Source of the DNA: a virus
Taxonomy: Duplodnaviria > Caudoviricetes
Virus record (IMG/VR): IMGVR_UViG_3300034061_001472
Span: 1,127-65,126 of that record
Direction: 5' to 3' (one strand)
DNA length: 64,000 nt
The notes under the pieces are model-generated. The model worked only from the letters and a program-made list of their open reading frames with translations. It did no database searches and was not told the DNA's origin. Each line of letters opens with the position of its first letter. The stretch's first letter is position 1. The position numbers and the translations under genes were made by a program. Below, one piece after another: positions 28,074 to 38,975 of the stretch.

Positions 28074-31000
28074 TATGCCTCCAGTGTAGTTATTCGATTT
28101 TCTAGCTCTTCTACCTTAAGAATTGTTTCCTTTAGAGCTCCTACTACGTAAGGTAGTATATTAGTAGTAAGGATAGACTGGTACTCCGGATTTCCGTCTT
28201 TATCAACGGCATCCTTTTCTCCCATAGTAAGCTCAGGGGTGCCATCAGCGCCAAATTCATGAGCGATAAAACCAACAACCTCTGTCTTATCTGGGTCATC
28301 TTTTAGATTGAAAACTCGAATTCTTTTTGATTTTATTACTTCAATAGATCCTGAATAGTCTCGTATATTTTCTTTAAGTCTGTAGTCAGAAGGAGCTCTA
28401 AAAGAAGGGCTTGCCGACGTACTTGCGTTAATTCCACCACGGTCTGCGCCATTTACAATGAGACGAATCATTTCAGTAGTGCCTGTTCCGGCTTCGTATT
28501 TGTGTAAAAACAAAGGTATAGAGTTAAAACGTCTAGCAATAATTCCGCCAGTTGCTGTCAAGAACGTTCCCGCAGATTGCTCGTCGGAAGCGGAAGAATA
28601 CACGCCCGTGTAGATGCTGTTTAACGGGTTACCAGCAACTCCGGTAAAAACGATATGTCGCTGTGTGTTTGAGGTTGCGGTGCCACCGTTAGCTACAAGA
28701 TTTAAAGCGTAGCCGGATGCGGCGACAACTTCTAGCCCGCGACTGCGACCTGCATCTTCGTTGTTCATATAAACTGTTCCGGTAGCAGCGCCGCGGTTAA
28801 GAGTAATACCACCTGCACCCATCTGTACAGAAACCGATTCACCATATATGTTTAACGCTGAAACAGAGAACGCACCGAAGCCGCCAAAGCCAGTACTGGT
28901 ATCAGTCATAGTTACAGAGCCTGTTGAAGAGCTAATCGTAGTCGAGACGGTGCCGGTACCAATAGCAAGAGAGCCTCTAAAGGTAGCAGCGCCTGTAGAA
29001 GTAACTATAGAAAGAACGTTAACGCTGCTAGAGTTTGTAAAGTATAGTCCCGTGGTGTCCATCTGCACCTTAGGGTTTGATGCAGCAGTTCTTACTATAG
29101 CGCCTGTGATAGTCTTACCATCAATTGCATCGGCTGAGATTTTTGTTCCTGTAATTGCTCCTGCGTTAATTTTGTCTGACTCAATAGCGTTAGCTTGAAT
29201 CTTACCGGCGCTAATAGCATTGGCTTCAATAGCTGCAGCGGTTATAGCATTAGCGCCAATCTTACCGGCAATAATTGCGCCAGCTGCAATTTGGTTAGCA
29301 CCAATTGCGTTGGCTGCAATCTTGTCACTGCTAATAGCGTTAGCAGCAATTTCTGTAGCGCTAATAGTTCCTGCAACTATCTTAGCCGCGGTAATAGCAT
29401 TGGCTGCAACTGCGTTTGCAGTTACCGCGCCTGCGGCGATACTTCCAGCAACAACTGCATTGGCTGCAATCTTTCCAGCCTCGATAGCATTGGCTGCAAT
29501 CGTTGCAGCGGTTACCGCTCCTGCGTCGATCTTGCCTGCCGTAATTGCGTTAGCGCCAATGGTTGCAGCGGTTACTGCGCCTGCGTCAATTTTGCCAGTT
29601 GTAATTGCATTTGCTTGAATTGTTGCAGCAGTTACCGCATTAGCTGCAATCTTTCCAGCCTCAATAGCACCTGCTTGGATAGTAGCAGCAGTAACAGCGT
29701 TAGCCGCGATTTTTCCAGCTTCAATAGCACCTGCAGAGATCGTCGCGGCGGTTACCGCATTTGCGTCAATTTTACCTGCAGTAATAGCATTAGCTGCAAT
29801 CTTTACTGCCGTAATTGCGTTAGCTGCAATTGTTGTTGCTGTTACAGCGTTAGCGTCTATCTTACTCGCGGTAATCGCGTTAGCTTGAATACTTGCTGCT
29901 ACAACCGCATTAGCGGCAATCTTAGTTTCTGTAATTGCAGCCGCGGCAATTGCAGTTGCATCTACCGCGTTAGCAGCAATAGAGCCAAGAGTTACCGCGT
30001 TGGCTGCGATTGCGCCAGCAGCAACTGCGTTAGGTCCAATTTTTCCAAGAATAACTGCGTTTGCAGCAAGTGCGTTAGCGTTTACAGCATTTGCAGCAAT
30101 CTTGCCAGCTTCAACTGCGTTAGCTCCAATTTTTGCAGCGGTAATAGCAGCGTCTGCAATTTTTGCCTGTGTAACTGCGTTAGGCCCCAGTTGAGACGAG
30201 GTAACCGCGTTAACCTGGATCATTGCCGAGGATACTGCGTTAGCTGCAATTGCTAGCTCTGTCACCGCATTGGCAAGAATTTTTTCTGCATTTACCGCGC
30301 CGTTAGCTATCTTAAACACGTCAATTGACCCATCGGCGATTGCGGATGCAGATACTATCTGTCCAGCAAAAGGCCAGGTACTAAGAGTATTAGCAATTAG
30401 ATCGGTGTCTACTAGTCTGTTTACCGAGGTAGATGACTGAGTAGAGGCTGTTGTAGCACCGCCGGCTAAGTTTATCGCGATGAACTTGTAGTAATACGTA
30501 GTAGCGTACGTTAGATCTGTGTCTACGTATAGCTCTGGAGCAGCAAAAAGTTTTCCAATAGCTGTTGAAGTGCTAGGTGTAAATCCACTTGTCAGAGATC
30601 TATGAATCTCAATGTACGCGAAGGTGTCACCCATAGCGTTGCCAAGATAGTCAAGACCGTTCCAACGAACAGTAACGGTTCCTAGGCGAGTAGTTAGCTG
30701 AGGAGCGCTAGGACGCTCTACAACTACAACAGAGATAGGAGTTGTTAAAAATATCTCGGCAGAGTAATCAGATCTATTGTCCGATTTATCATACGCCTTA
30801 ACCGCATAGCGAAGCGCTACACCTTGCTTTAAGCCTTCGTGGGTGTATGTAAGATCTGTCACAGAGATTAAGAACTTCCAGTCATCTGTTACCAACGTTC
30901 GATAAAAGATATCATAGCCAACAAGATCTGTTATGGCGGTGTCGTCAACATTTTGCGTAGGGGCAAGCCATGTAAGCACAACTCGCGCACGCGGATCTCG

Positions 31001-31936
31001 CACGTCGTAGTACGCGGTGCCTGCACCAGCTAAACTTGTTGGAATTTTTGGCGCTATGTCATCTGGAATAAACACGCCTGTAGTGTCTATGCTGGCGTTA
31101 ACCTGCTCCCACTTAAGACCGGTCCAAGAGTACAGAGCGCCATCTGTAGGGTCAGACCAGGTATCGCCAACCTGCACGTACTTAATTAACGTAGGGTATA
31201 CGCCGCCGTCTCCTGCGGTAGCTGCAATGTTTTCTTGGTCATTTGCAGTCTTATACGAGACGGTTGTAGAAGTTTTTGCGGTAATCGTGTAGTTACCGTC
31301 AAACTCTTCACCTACGCCGTCGACATTTACTCTGTCGCCTACGATAAACGTGTGCCCGCTGCCTATAGTAAGAGTTACAACGTTACTTGTTATAGCCTTA
31401 GTAGTTACAGCTTTCCACGCTACAGTGTTCGCATTTACATTTAATACAGAGCTGTTACTTCCTTCCCAACGGCGCGTAAAAACAATAGTGTAGTCACTTA
31501 TAACTTCTGTAACTGTCCAAAAGAGGTACTCTAGTCTTGAATAAAAGTTTGGACGGTCTCCACCAGGAGCCGTAAGGTCAAACTGTGAGTTTAGTCCACT
31601 TACTAGTATTCTATCTCCAACAATTAACTCGTGCGCGATGTCTGTTGTAAGAGTTGCCTTATCAGGCTTTATAAAACTTTTAAACGTCTTATACTCTTTA
31701 GCAATAATTCTTTTGTAGACGGCTGGAGGAATAGTTTTAATCGTGCCGGTTGTTGCCTGAATCGCCGCTGCGGTAGTTGGAACGTCCTCCGCCAACTGCT
31801 CTACTGTAATACTCGCTGCCGCAGGAACTACTCTCTTAGGGGCACGGCGACGCTCTACTTCACGTAGACGTCTGTCAACGTTTGTAAGGGTAGTAGTGAG
31901 CTTACGCCGTCTTCTTCTAAGAGCCACGTTTATCAA
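28073..31936 (-). CDS. Tail fibre/central fibre protein: two beta modules, FN3 domains, decapeptide repeats, C-terminal peptidase-S74 intramolecular chaperone
   Basis: LTW.AP...GY.I.YR...Y.V.AYD...S (FN3); (A.AITA.KI.)n; PSDYRLKENI...GFIAHE and terminal coiled coil. Confidence 0.85.
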   Translation of the reverse strand: MINVALRRRRRKLTTTLTNVDRRLREVERRRAPKRVVPAAASITVEQLAEDVPTTAAAIQATTGTIKTIPPAVYKRIIAKEYKTFKSFIKPDKATLTTDIAHELIVGDRILVSGLNSQFDLTAPGGDRPNFYSRLEYLFWTVTEVISDYTIVFTRRWEGSNSSVLNVNANTVAWKAVTTKAITSNVVTLTIGSGHTFIVGDRVNVDGVGEEFDGNYTITAKTSTTVSYKTANDQENIAATAGDGGVYPTLIKYVQVGDTWSDPTDGALYSWTGLKWEQVNASIDTTGVFIPDDIAPKIPTSLAGAGTAYYDVRDPRARVVLTWLAPTQNVDDTAITDLVGYDIFYRTLVTDDWKFLISVTDLTYTHEGLKQGVALRYAVKAYDKSDNRSDYSAEIFLTTPISVVVVERPSAPQLTTRLGTVTVRWNGLDYLGNAMGDTFAYIEIHRSLTSGFTPSTSTAIGKLFAAPELYVDTDLTYATTYYYKFIAINLAGGATTASTQSSTSVNRLVDTDLIANTLSTWPFAGQIVSASAIADGSIDVFKIANGAVNAEKILANAVTELAIAANAVSSAMIQVNAVTSSQLGPNAVTQAKIADAAITAAKIGANAVEAGKIAANAVNANALAANAVILGKIGPNAVAAGAIAANAVTLGSIAANAVDATAIAAAAITETKIAANAVVAASIQANAITASKIDANAVTATTIAANAITAVKIAANAITAGKIDANAVTAATISAGAIEAGKIAANAVTAATIQAGAIEAGKIAANAVTAATIQANAITTGKIDAGAVTAATIGANAITAGKIDAGAVTAATIAANAIEAGKIAANAVVAGSIAAGAVTANAVAANAITAAKIVAGTISATEIAANAISSDKIAANAIGANQIAAGAIIAGKIGANAITAAAIEANAISAGKIQANAIESDKINAGAITGTKISADAIDGKTITGAIVRTAASNPKVQMDTTGLYFTNSSSVNVLSIVTSTGAATFRGSLAIGTGTVSTTISSSTGSVTMTDTSTGFGGFGAFSVSALNIYGESVSVQMGAGGITLNRGAATGTVYMNNEDAGRSRGLEVVAASGYALNLVANGGTATSNTQRHIVFTGVAGNPLNSIYTGVYSSASDEQSAGTFLTATGGIIARRFNSIPLFLHKYEAGTGTTEMIRLIVNGADRGGINASTSASPSFRAPSDYRLKENIRDYSGSIEVIKSKRIRVFNLKDDPDKTEVVGFIAHEFGADGTPELTMGEKDAVDKDGNPEYQSILTTNILPYVVGALKETILKVEELENRITTLEA
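29090..30370 (-). repeat. About 40 tandem 10-aa repeats (A-N/G-A-V/I-T-A-x-K/T-I-A/D)
   Basis: 30-bp periodicity in the DNA and in the translation. Confidence 0.88.
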
Positions 31937-33941
31937 CTCCTGGTTCTGTTACTAAGACTAATGAAACAGTCTCTGGGAATGACGGACTGTCTGGGACGGA
32001 CACAGAAAAACCGTCAATTTTTCTAACTAAAACAGTGTCTCTAGGCTCAAGGTCACTCGCTAGACGTAAGTTAATAAACTCATCATTAAGCACGATTACA
32101 CACCAGTCACCCGGGCTGTAGCTTCCAATCTTAGGCTCCATTGAGCCGTTAACCTGTATTTCAATATTAGACTGCGGAGGACGTGATTCGTTTAAGTACG
32201 TTTCTGCAAATAATGTCAGAGTCTCTTCGTCTCCTACATCTTTCTGAGACTCTACTTCTTCTAATATAGGCCAACCAGCGTCTAACAGATCATACGCACT
32301 TGCAGCAGCGTACGGCTGACTTGACTCTGGACCTATATCTCCAATATCGCCAATCACCCAGAAGCGTGTTGCAGAAGACTCGGCAGACTCCTCCATAGTT
32401 GCACTAGAAATACTTCCAGGATACTCAAATACAAGCACATCTGCACCAAAGTCTGATGGGTCTGCCACCGCGCCTGGCGCCAAAGTAGGAAAGCCCGCAG
32501 GAGTAATCGGCATAAGAACAAACGTGCGAGAAAAAGAAGATGTCGCGCCATCATACGAGCAGTCTATACGATACTCGAAGCCATCAACAGTGTTAGAGTA
32601 AGTGTCTAATGCTTCTCCAATATTCTGCAATTCGTAGCCTCGGTACGTTTTATTAGGCACATTCTTTCCGCTGTACTCTTCGCCTGAAACAGAAATGTCT
32701 ACGTCAGAGTTATATGTAAATCCACCCCAAGAAGCATACGTGACAGATGGACTAACAGTGGCAGTTGCAGTTCCGACTACGCCGCCTTCTAGTATATTTC
32801 CGGTGTATAAGCCATAAGTAAATTGTGTAACGCTAGGCACTGCAGTTATTACAAAGTTGCCATCTACCGCTGTGTCCACTCCGGTAACAACAACAACGTC
32901 ATTTACCTCGAACCCATGCGCAGAGGCAGTAGTGATTGTTACAACGTTGGCTGTTAGACTTCTGAGAATAATAGTCTGTGAATTAGCAGAAAGTGCAGTT
33001 GTGCTTTGAGTAGTTCCAACAGATGCGTACCTAAACGTAGTTGCAGTAGGCGTCGCAGTAACTACGTGCTTGCCATCAAACGATGCTCCTACGTTTGCGA
33101 TAGTTACAATTTGACCGGGGATAAGCGAGTGCGCAGCGTCAGTTGTCATCGTCGCAACGTTGGACGCGCGAGACGAGCTGACCAGATTAAGGAAGTACGC
33201 CTCACCAGGCGCAGTCTCGTCATTAGGAAAGTCAACGTTTGAAAAGTCAACGTTTAAAGATTGAAGCAGCTGACGAGTGTAGTCGTACGTGTCAGGGCGC
33301 ACTGTAACAGTAGCAATTCCATCATCGCTTGGGAAAGTACCGTTAAGAGTTGTGACTGGAATAGTAATTGAAAACGTGGAGCTGGTTGACCCGCTTAACA
33401 GCGTGTAATATCCGCCAAACTTATATCTAATATCTTTCGACGCGCCAGATAAAAATGAAATGTAAACATCTTGCCCTGTAGTAAATTCGCTGTAGGTTTG
33501 ACTGTTCTGTAGTGTAAAGGTTAAGGTCTTGTCTGTTGTGCCAGTCACGGTGTAGTCCGCGCCAAAGTCGTGTGACCATGTCTTCCACGCGACGCGATGG
33601 TGAAGATAACTCTGAAATTCAGATGCATTTACCGTAAGGTTTCTTGTGATAACGTCGTACGTCCGCGTCCAGATAATTCCGCCCCAGACGCACTCGTCAC
33701 CGCGCATTACGTACAGCGCAGTCTTACCAGGCATAGTGCTGTCATACAGGTTCATTGACTCTGTGCCAGCCGCTCCGCCGGTAGTTGGAATAACCGGGAT
33801 ACTCCCCGAGAACGCTCCTGCGGTCTTAATAGAGCGCTCGTAGGAAACACCCTTGAAAGGTATTTCTGCAAGAATGTTATTGGTTAAAATGTCCGTTGTG
33901 AAGTAACGGTAGTTGACTGCGGTTAGGTCTGAAACAGCCAT
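31917..33941 (-). CDS. Minor tail/baseplate hub protein (ReqiPepy6 Gp37-like) with inserted beta modules
   Basis: YRY...DILT..ILAEIP...G.FSG...PGKTALYV.R...VWGGIIW.R; DGFEYRID; FEYPG.I; G.Y.PGD; follows the Dit-like gene. Confidence 0.8.
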   Translation of the reverse strand: MAVSDLTAVNYRYFTTDILTNNILAEIPFKGVSYERSIKTAGAFSGSIPVIPTTGGAAGTESMNLYDSTMPGKTALYVMRGDECVWGGIIWTRTYDVITRNLTVNASEFQSYLHHRVAWKTWSHDFGADYTVTGTTDKTLTFTLQNSQTYSEFTTGQDVYISFLSGASKDIRYKFGGYYTLLSGSTSSTFSITIPVTTLNGTFPSDDGIATVTVRPDTYDYTRQLLQSLNVDFSNVDFPNDETAPGEAYFLNLVSSSRASNVATMTTDAAHSLIPGQIVTIANVGASFDGKHVVTATPTATTFRYASVGTTQSTTALSANSQTIILRSLTANVVTITTASAHGFEVNDVVVVTGVDTAVDGNFVITAVPSVTQFTYGLYTGNILEGGVVGTATATVSPSVTYASWGGFTYNSDVDISVSGEEYSGKNVPNKTYRGYELQNIGEALDTYSNTVDGFEYRIDCSYDGATSSFSRTFVLMPITPAGFPTLAPGAVADPSDFGADVLVFEYPGSISSATMEESAESSATRFWVIGDIGDIGPESSQPYAAASAYDLLDAGWPILEEVESQKDVGDEETLTLFAETYLNESRPPQSNIEIQVNGSMEPKIGSYSPGDWCVIVLNDEFINLRLASDLEPRDTVLVRKIDGFSVSVPDSPSFPETVSLVLVTEPGVDKRGS

Positions 33942-33976
33942 GTTATCCTCCGTTTTTTGTATAAGTCGTTGTTATC

Positions 33977-33985
33977 ATTGTATCA
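33977..33985 (-). promoter_or_regulatory. Extended -10 TGATACAAT
   Basis: TGnTAnnnT upstream of the GGAGG RBS of 33941. Confidence 0.45.
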
Positions 33986-35395
33986 TTAACCTAGCCAGGC
34001 TGACCTGTAATACACATTTATATAAGCGCTAGAGTTGTTTGGATTTCCATCATCTGCAAAACTTATTACGTTATTTCCAGGCGCAAGATAGAACCACTCC
34101 GCAAGAACATCAACGTAGTTACGCTTTCCTACGGCGTCGCCGTCAACTGCTACTTCGTGCTCCTTTGTGTCGATCTCGACGACAACTCCGCTGCCAATCG
34201 GCTGCACGGTTGAGATTAACTCGTTTGTAGTTATATTTTGGATATCGCCATTCCCGTTGACAGTTCCATGAATCTCTAAAATTACCGGAGTGTAGGCGTT
34301 GCCGGTATTGTTAATAGTCACGGTGCCTGTACCTGGGCTTAGTGCGTTAGTGCAGGTGAGTAAGGCAGAGCGGTAGCCGAGCTCGTTGTCTTCGTACCAC
34401 TCGTACTTAAGTGGGTCAGGTGCGCGCAGGCCAATAGAGAACTCAGTGCGTCCACGAGCGTTAACAGTTTCTATTGATGGTGCACCATTAAGTCTTACCC
34501 AGGAAGCCTTGAGAGGGTTCTCGTTGGTCTTTAACCAGCCGCCAAAGTGAACTAAGTCCGCGGCCTTGATTAACTTATCTCTAGCTGCTTGCACATATGA
34601 AGAATCGGGTGTAAGGAACACTCCGTTAAGCGTGATCTGACGTGATTGGTAGCGGCCACGTATATCATACGAGCCATCTCCGTATCCACGTGGGATATCT
34701 GCAATGTCTGGCTCGGGATGATTCCACCAGCCGTCAATACCGGTGCACACCCAGACGACCCCGTCTTCATCAATTGTATTAAGAATAAGCCCGTTCAAGT
34801 TAATGTCAGCGTTGAGCTGCATGCCTGTGATTTTTGGCACAGGCACAGGTATAAGCGACTTATCAACTGTCTTGTTTTCGTACGCTTGAGTTACATCGTC
34901 GTAGTACTCGTTAACGTAACTTGCGGCCTCGAAGAGAACTGCGTCTACATAGAATACCTTACCGGCAGTCCCGGCTGAAGGCTGAACAACATATATTAAG
35001 GCTGCTGCCGCATTAGACGGAGAGGTGATTACATCGGTAAGTCGTACCCATGGATCACCTACCGTAATTTCAATAGCGTTCGATGAAGACGTAGAGATAA
35101 GTGATCCGCCAGAAACAGCGGTATACCACACAACTTTAATTTGGAAGGTGCCAGTTTGAGAGCCAAGAGGGACCTTTACGTAAGCGGATACTCCGTAGGA
35201 AGTACTGCTTAAAACTGCTATACGTGAAGAGGTAACAACACCAGAGTTAGATGAAGCCTGCTTTGTTACCTCTAAGCACGATGTACCAAAGAACCCGTCG
35301 GTTGTTATTCTAGCGATAGAGCTAGAAGATGAAGTTGACCACCCTGTAGTGTTAGTTTTGAACGAAGGGTTAATGACTAAATTATTTTTTGCCAT
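33986..35395 (-). CDS. Distal tail (Dit-like) protein with N-terminal carbohydrate-binding-like domain
   Basis: NLVINPSF...GW (CBM-like); GW...P...R..GDG...R.ITL.G; APDPLKY; N.GN..TP; L.PG.N; YRSAW; directly after the TMP gene. Confidence 0.82.
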   Translation of the reverse strand: MAKNNLVINPSFKTNTTGWSTSSSSSIARITTDGFFGTSCLEVTKQASSNSGVVTSSRIAVLSSTSYGVSAYVKVPLGSQTGTFQIKVVWYTAVSGGSLISTSSSNAIEITVGDPWVRLTDVITSPSNAAAALIYVVQPSAGTAGKVFYVDAVLFEAASYVNEYYDDVTQAYENKTVDKSLIPVPVPKITGMQLNADINLNGLILNTIDEDGVVWVCTGIDGWWNHPEPDIADIPRGYGDGSYDIRGRYQSRQITLNGVFLTPDSSYVQAARDKLIKAADLVHFGGWLKTNENPLKASWVRLNGAPSIETVNARGRTEFSIGLRAPDPLKYEWYEDNELGYRSALLTCTNALSPGTGTVTINNTGNAYTPVILEIHGTVNGNGDIQNITTNELISTVQPIGSGVVVEIDTKEHEVAVDGDAVGKRNYVDVLAEWFYLAPGNNVISFADDGNPNNSSAYINVYYRSAWLG

Positions 35396-35398
35396 GCG

Positions 35399-38300
35399 CT
35401 ATACGCCACCCTTACGAATCATGAAGCCAACCTGACGAGATATCGCCGCCGCAAGATCAGCTTCGCTCATCTTCTCAGAAGGATAGACCTTAAACGTTAA
35501 ATTAGTGCCTGCGCCTTGTTTTCCTGCAAGGAACTTTATGATCGCGCGATCTCGTACAGATAGTCCTTGCGCGTCCAGAGGCTCTACGCGCTCAGGGCGA
35601 CCAGCCTCGCCGATCGTCGCAAGAGTTCCACCAGGTGTAGGACGTACTATTCCACCCATTGCAAGTTTTATAGTAGGAATATTAGGAGTCTCTAAAGTAA
35701 AACCTCTACCAGCTAATGGACCTAAACTCATTCCAAAAATTTTATCTGGGAGCCTTAAGTCAAGTGAAAAACTGTTCCACCGCGTAATAATATAATTTAA
35801 TGTAGTTATAAATGCAGATCTAAGTCCGTCCCACATGTTTGCTGCGGCGTTTCTTACACGAGCAGGGAGACCGCGAACAAACTCAATAAAAGCAGTTACA
35901 CGAGCAGCAAGGTTATCGCGCATGGCACCAAAACGATCGCCAATCCATGACCATATAGCCGCGTTTGCAGCTCTTAGACGGCCAGGAATTGCGCGAACGT
36001 AGGCAAGAACGTCATCCCAGCGTTTCTGAAGACCTTGCCACATACTAGAGAAGAAACTAGTAACTGCCGTCCACATCGTGCTAGCAATTGCAGCAATTCT
36101 TCCAGGTATTCCTCTTACAAATTCAACTATCGTATCCCAGTTTCTGACAATAGCAAGTACAGCTAAGCCTATAGGTCCAGTTAATATAGCTAGGATAAGA
36201 GGCCAGTTTTCACTTATCCAATTCCATACCATCTGCGCGCCTTCTTTAATTCTTTCCCACATTCTTACAACAAAGTCGCGGAATGTCTTATTTCTGTTGT
36301 ACAACGTGACAAATATCGCGATTAGCGCCACGATAGCGAGTATGACAAGACCAATAGGGTTTGTTGCCCACATCATCTTCATCAAAAACATAATAATTCT
36401 GCCATAGAACATTACAGCTTTAAAAACAAAGATAACTTTTTTTGCAACAAACACCATATATAGCATTGCCTTACCTGCGATCATTCCGGCAAAACCAAGT
36501 GCTAGCAAAACTCCGTGTAATGGCCCCAAGACCTTCATAAGCATCTGTACTGGCCTGGTTTCAAAAACAGTAGCCAGCGCCTTACCAATCATATTCAGCG
36601 TCTTGAAGAACATAGTCATTCCGCCGTCTTCAGTAAAAATCTTTGTTAGCCTTGTCATAGTGACAAGAAGCTCTGCAAATGCAGGGCCACCTTCATTTAA
36701 GTTCTTAAATATTTCTCCTATATCTGGGACTGCCTTTGCAAGAGTATCCCAGAACTCCTTAGTGTTAGGATCTCCAGCTAGTTTTATAAACTCTTTTGTT
36801 AGTGGACCTAAAAACCCAAGAATTGCCTTTACGTTTATTGCCGCGTCTCTAAAGAACTCGCGCAGGGAGCCAGGGCCGTCTCCCGTATAATCAGTGTTTG
36901 CCTTCCACTGCGCTGTTACATCTTTTAGATAGTCAAGAAGTATTTGACCACCGCTACCTGGCCCGGTGTTTGCCTTTACTAAATTTCCAATAAAACCAAA
37001 GGTGTTGCCAAATATGTCCCCCAGCTGAGCCGCAACATCACCAGCTGTCTTAAAGAACGCTTGAAGACTTCCGTCTGCTTCCTTCGTACTGAGCATCTTG
37101 TCCCAGCCGGCGGTAGTCTTTTCTATCCAACCAAAGAAGCGCTTAGTAAGAGGCTCAGCGGCTGTAAGAATAGAGAGTAAAGATCCCCATAAACTACCGA
37201 CGCTTTTTCCAAGACTTTCAATAACTCCGCCAGATGTTTCAAATACCTTAGCAAGTTTTGCAAGATTTTCTGAATTTACAATAGCGTCTGAAACAGACTT
37301 GGACGCCGTGCCCATGGCTTTTCCAACAAGGTTAAGACCAGTCTTAAACGTCGGGAATGCCTTGTCAACGATCTGCTGAATTGAAGTCTGTAGTAGTGGT
37401 AAGAAGCCAGACGCCGCAGCTTCCTTTAAAGAATCTAGCTGAGGTTTTAGACTTGCTAAGAACTTAGCGAATACCTTCTGAGAAGCGGTAAGTCCCGCTA
37501 GTGGGTCTTGTCCTTTAGCAGCTTTAGCAGCATTTTCTTTTGCGTCAATAATAGCTTGTAGTGCGTCGCGCTCAGCCTTAGCCTTGCCGTCAACTGCATC
37601 CATGTAGTTTTCTTCAGCACTTGTAAGATTGTCTGTTGCAGATATAACAGCGTTAGTTCCAGCAACACCTTCTCTAGCAAGACGATCTTGCTCTACCTGC
37701 AGATCTTTATTTCTATCCATTGCCATACGAAGATTTAGATCAGCTTCTTCGTACGCAAGCTCTGCTTCTCTTCGAGCACGAGAGTTAGGCGGTAAATCTT
37801 GAACCCGCGCTAAAGTTTCACGCGCAGCCTCGAGTTCTAACGCTGCCTTCTTCTCGGCAATTGCCGCGTCCTCGGCGTCAAAACCAAGCTGCTGAATTTC
37901 TTCAGCGCCTTCTTTAAGCGCCTTGTTAAAAGCAATCTGAGCCTTAGTTAGCTCTAGCTTAGATTTAATTAACTTTTTATCCGCGGCGGCTAGATTTTCT
38001 GTGTTCCTCTGCGCTATCTTAGCAAGTTCTTTTGCTAGGTTTTGCCCACCCGCACCGCCACCTGCTGTTTTTTGCTTATTTAACGCGCTAACTGCAGCGC
38101 CAATTCCAGACAACGCTAGCTTAGCAGCTACACTTCCGGCTATAATTGCAGCTAAGCCTCCGCCAAGCGCGACTAAGGCCGGAGTAGCAGAAAGAACCGC
38201 ACCACCTAAGGAGACAACACCAACAACAAGAGAGCTCAAGCTAGAGACAAGAACTCCAATAGCAGTTCCTACATTGTACCCTACTCTTTGAAGAGAGTTA

Positions 38301-38533
38301 AAAGCCTTACCAACTCTGTCTGCTTCACGTCCTAGTTGCTTAAAAGATCTAGTGTCTTTAGAAAAAAGATCACCAATGCTGCCTCTGCTCGCGCTTCTTC
38401 TAAATGCGTTGGAAAGTTTCTTACCTGCGTCGCTTCCAATCTTATCAACTCCTTTTACAGAATCTCTAAGTTGCTTGTCAAAACCTGTGCTGACCGTGCG
38501 GACAATTATAATTGCCTCGCCTACTACTGCCAT
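35399..38533 (-). CDS. Tape measure protein
   Basis: 1044 aa helical Ala-rich; VGEA.I N terminus; NPIGLVI..I; Trp-spaced repeats; LAMGGIV...GEAG.PE.V.PL. Confidence 0.92.
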   Translation of the reverse strand: MAVVGEAIIIVRTVSTGFDKQLRDSVKGVDKIGSDAGKKLSNAFRRSASRGSIGDLFSKDTRSFKQLGREADRVGKAFNSLQRVGYNVGTAIGVLVSSLSSLVVGVVSLGGAVLSATPALVALGGGLAAIIAGSVAAKLALSGIGAAVSALNKQKTAGGGAGGQNLAKELAKIAQRNTENLAAADKKLIKSKLELTKAQIAFNKALKEGAEEIQQLGFDAEDAAIAEKKAALELEAARETLARVQDLPPNSRARREAELAYEEADLNLRMAMDRNKDLQVEQDRLAREGVAGTNAVISATDNLTSAEENYMDAVDGKAKAERDALQAIIDAKENAAKAAKGQDPLAGLTASQKVFAKFLASLKPQLDSLKEAAASGFLPLLQTSIQQIVDKAFPTFKTGLNLVGKAMGTASKSVSDAIVNSENLAKLAKVFETSGGVIESLGKSVGSLWGSLLSILTAAEPLTKRFFGWIEKTTAGWDKMLSTKEADGSLQAFFKTAGDVAAQLGDIFGNTFGFIGNLVKANTGPGSGGQILLDYLKDVTAQWKANTDYTGDGPGSLREFFRDAAINVKAILGFLGPLTKEFIKLAGDPNTKEFWDTLAKAVPDIGEIFKNLNEGGPAFAELLVTMTRLTKIFTEDGGMTMFFKTLNMIGKALATVFETRPVQMLMKVLGPLHGVLLALGFAGMIAGKAMLYMVFVAKKVIFVFKAVMFYGRIIMFLMKMMWATNPIGLVILAIVALIAIFVTLYNRNKTFRDFVVRMWERIKEGAQMVWNWISENWPLILAILTGPIGLAVLAIVRNWDTIVEFVRGIPGRIAAIASTMWTAVTSFFSSMWQGLQKRWDDVLAYVRAIPGRLRAANAAIWSWIGDRFGAMRDNLAARVTAFIEFVRGLPARVRNAAANMWDGLRSAFITTLNYIITRWNSFSLDLRLPDKIFGMSLGPLAGRGFTLETPNIPTIKLAMGGIVRPTPGGTLATIGEAGRPERVEPLDAQGLSVRDRAIIKFLAGKQGAGTNLTFKVYPSEKMSEADLAAAISRQVGFMIRKGGV

Positions 38534-38568
38534 GATGTCACCTCCTTCCCTGCGTTAATGTTTATTTA

Positions 38569-38931
38569 CTAGTGACCCATTGGTTCGTCAAGTACTTTTC
38601 CAAATGGTTTTGAAGAAGCAGCGTTGACAGGCGTTGCACTTATAAATGGTTTTACCGGCTGTCTTACCGGGTTGAAAGGCACTATAGCTTCTTCTTGTGA
38701 TTCTTCAGGAGCGCCGTACTCCGCGCTGTTGTAGTCCGGATGGGACGCGCCTGAAGTGTCTACAGCGTACTTGTACTCGCGACCGTAAAGATCTCTATAG
38801 ATAGAAACTCTAGCCTTAGAGCGAGCCTCTGCTTGCTCTGCGGTGCTAGCACTGAGGTCATCTTCAAAAAGGTAGTGAAGAACATCAACCATGTCATTAG
38901 CTGGCATGGTCCTAAGATCTAAACCGTTCAT
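38569..38931 (-). CDS. Tail assembly chaperone extension (gpT-like), reached by -1 frameshift from 38976..39314
   Basis: -1 frame is open from the slippery site at 39003 into this ORF (…RPFSAARNLLDWGVDLWPYVNGRTLMNGLDLR…). Confidence 0.8.
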   Translation of the reverse strand: MNGLDLRTMPANDMVDVLHYLFEDDLSASTAEQAEARSKARVSIYRDLYGREYKYAVDTSGASHPDYNSAEYGAPEESQEEAIVPFNPVRQPVKPFISATPVNAASSKPFGKVLDEPMGH

Positions 38932-38975
38932 CAGTGTCCTTCCGTTAACATATGGCCAGAGATCAACTCCCCAGT

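Noticed and set aside
29195-30256. 353-aa Cys/Asn/Ser-rich + strand ORF
   Set aside because: Antisense to the decapeptide repeats of the tail fibre gene; its composition follows from GCA/GCT/ATT codons.
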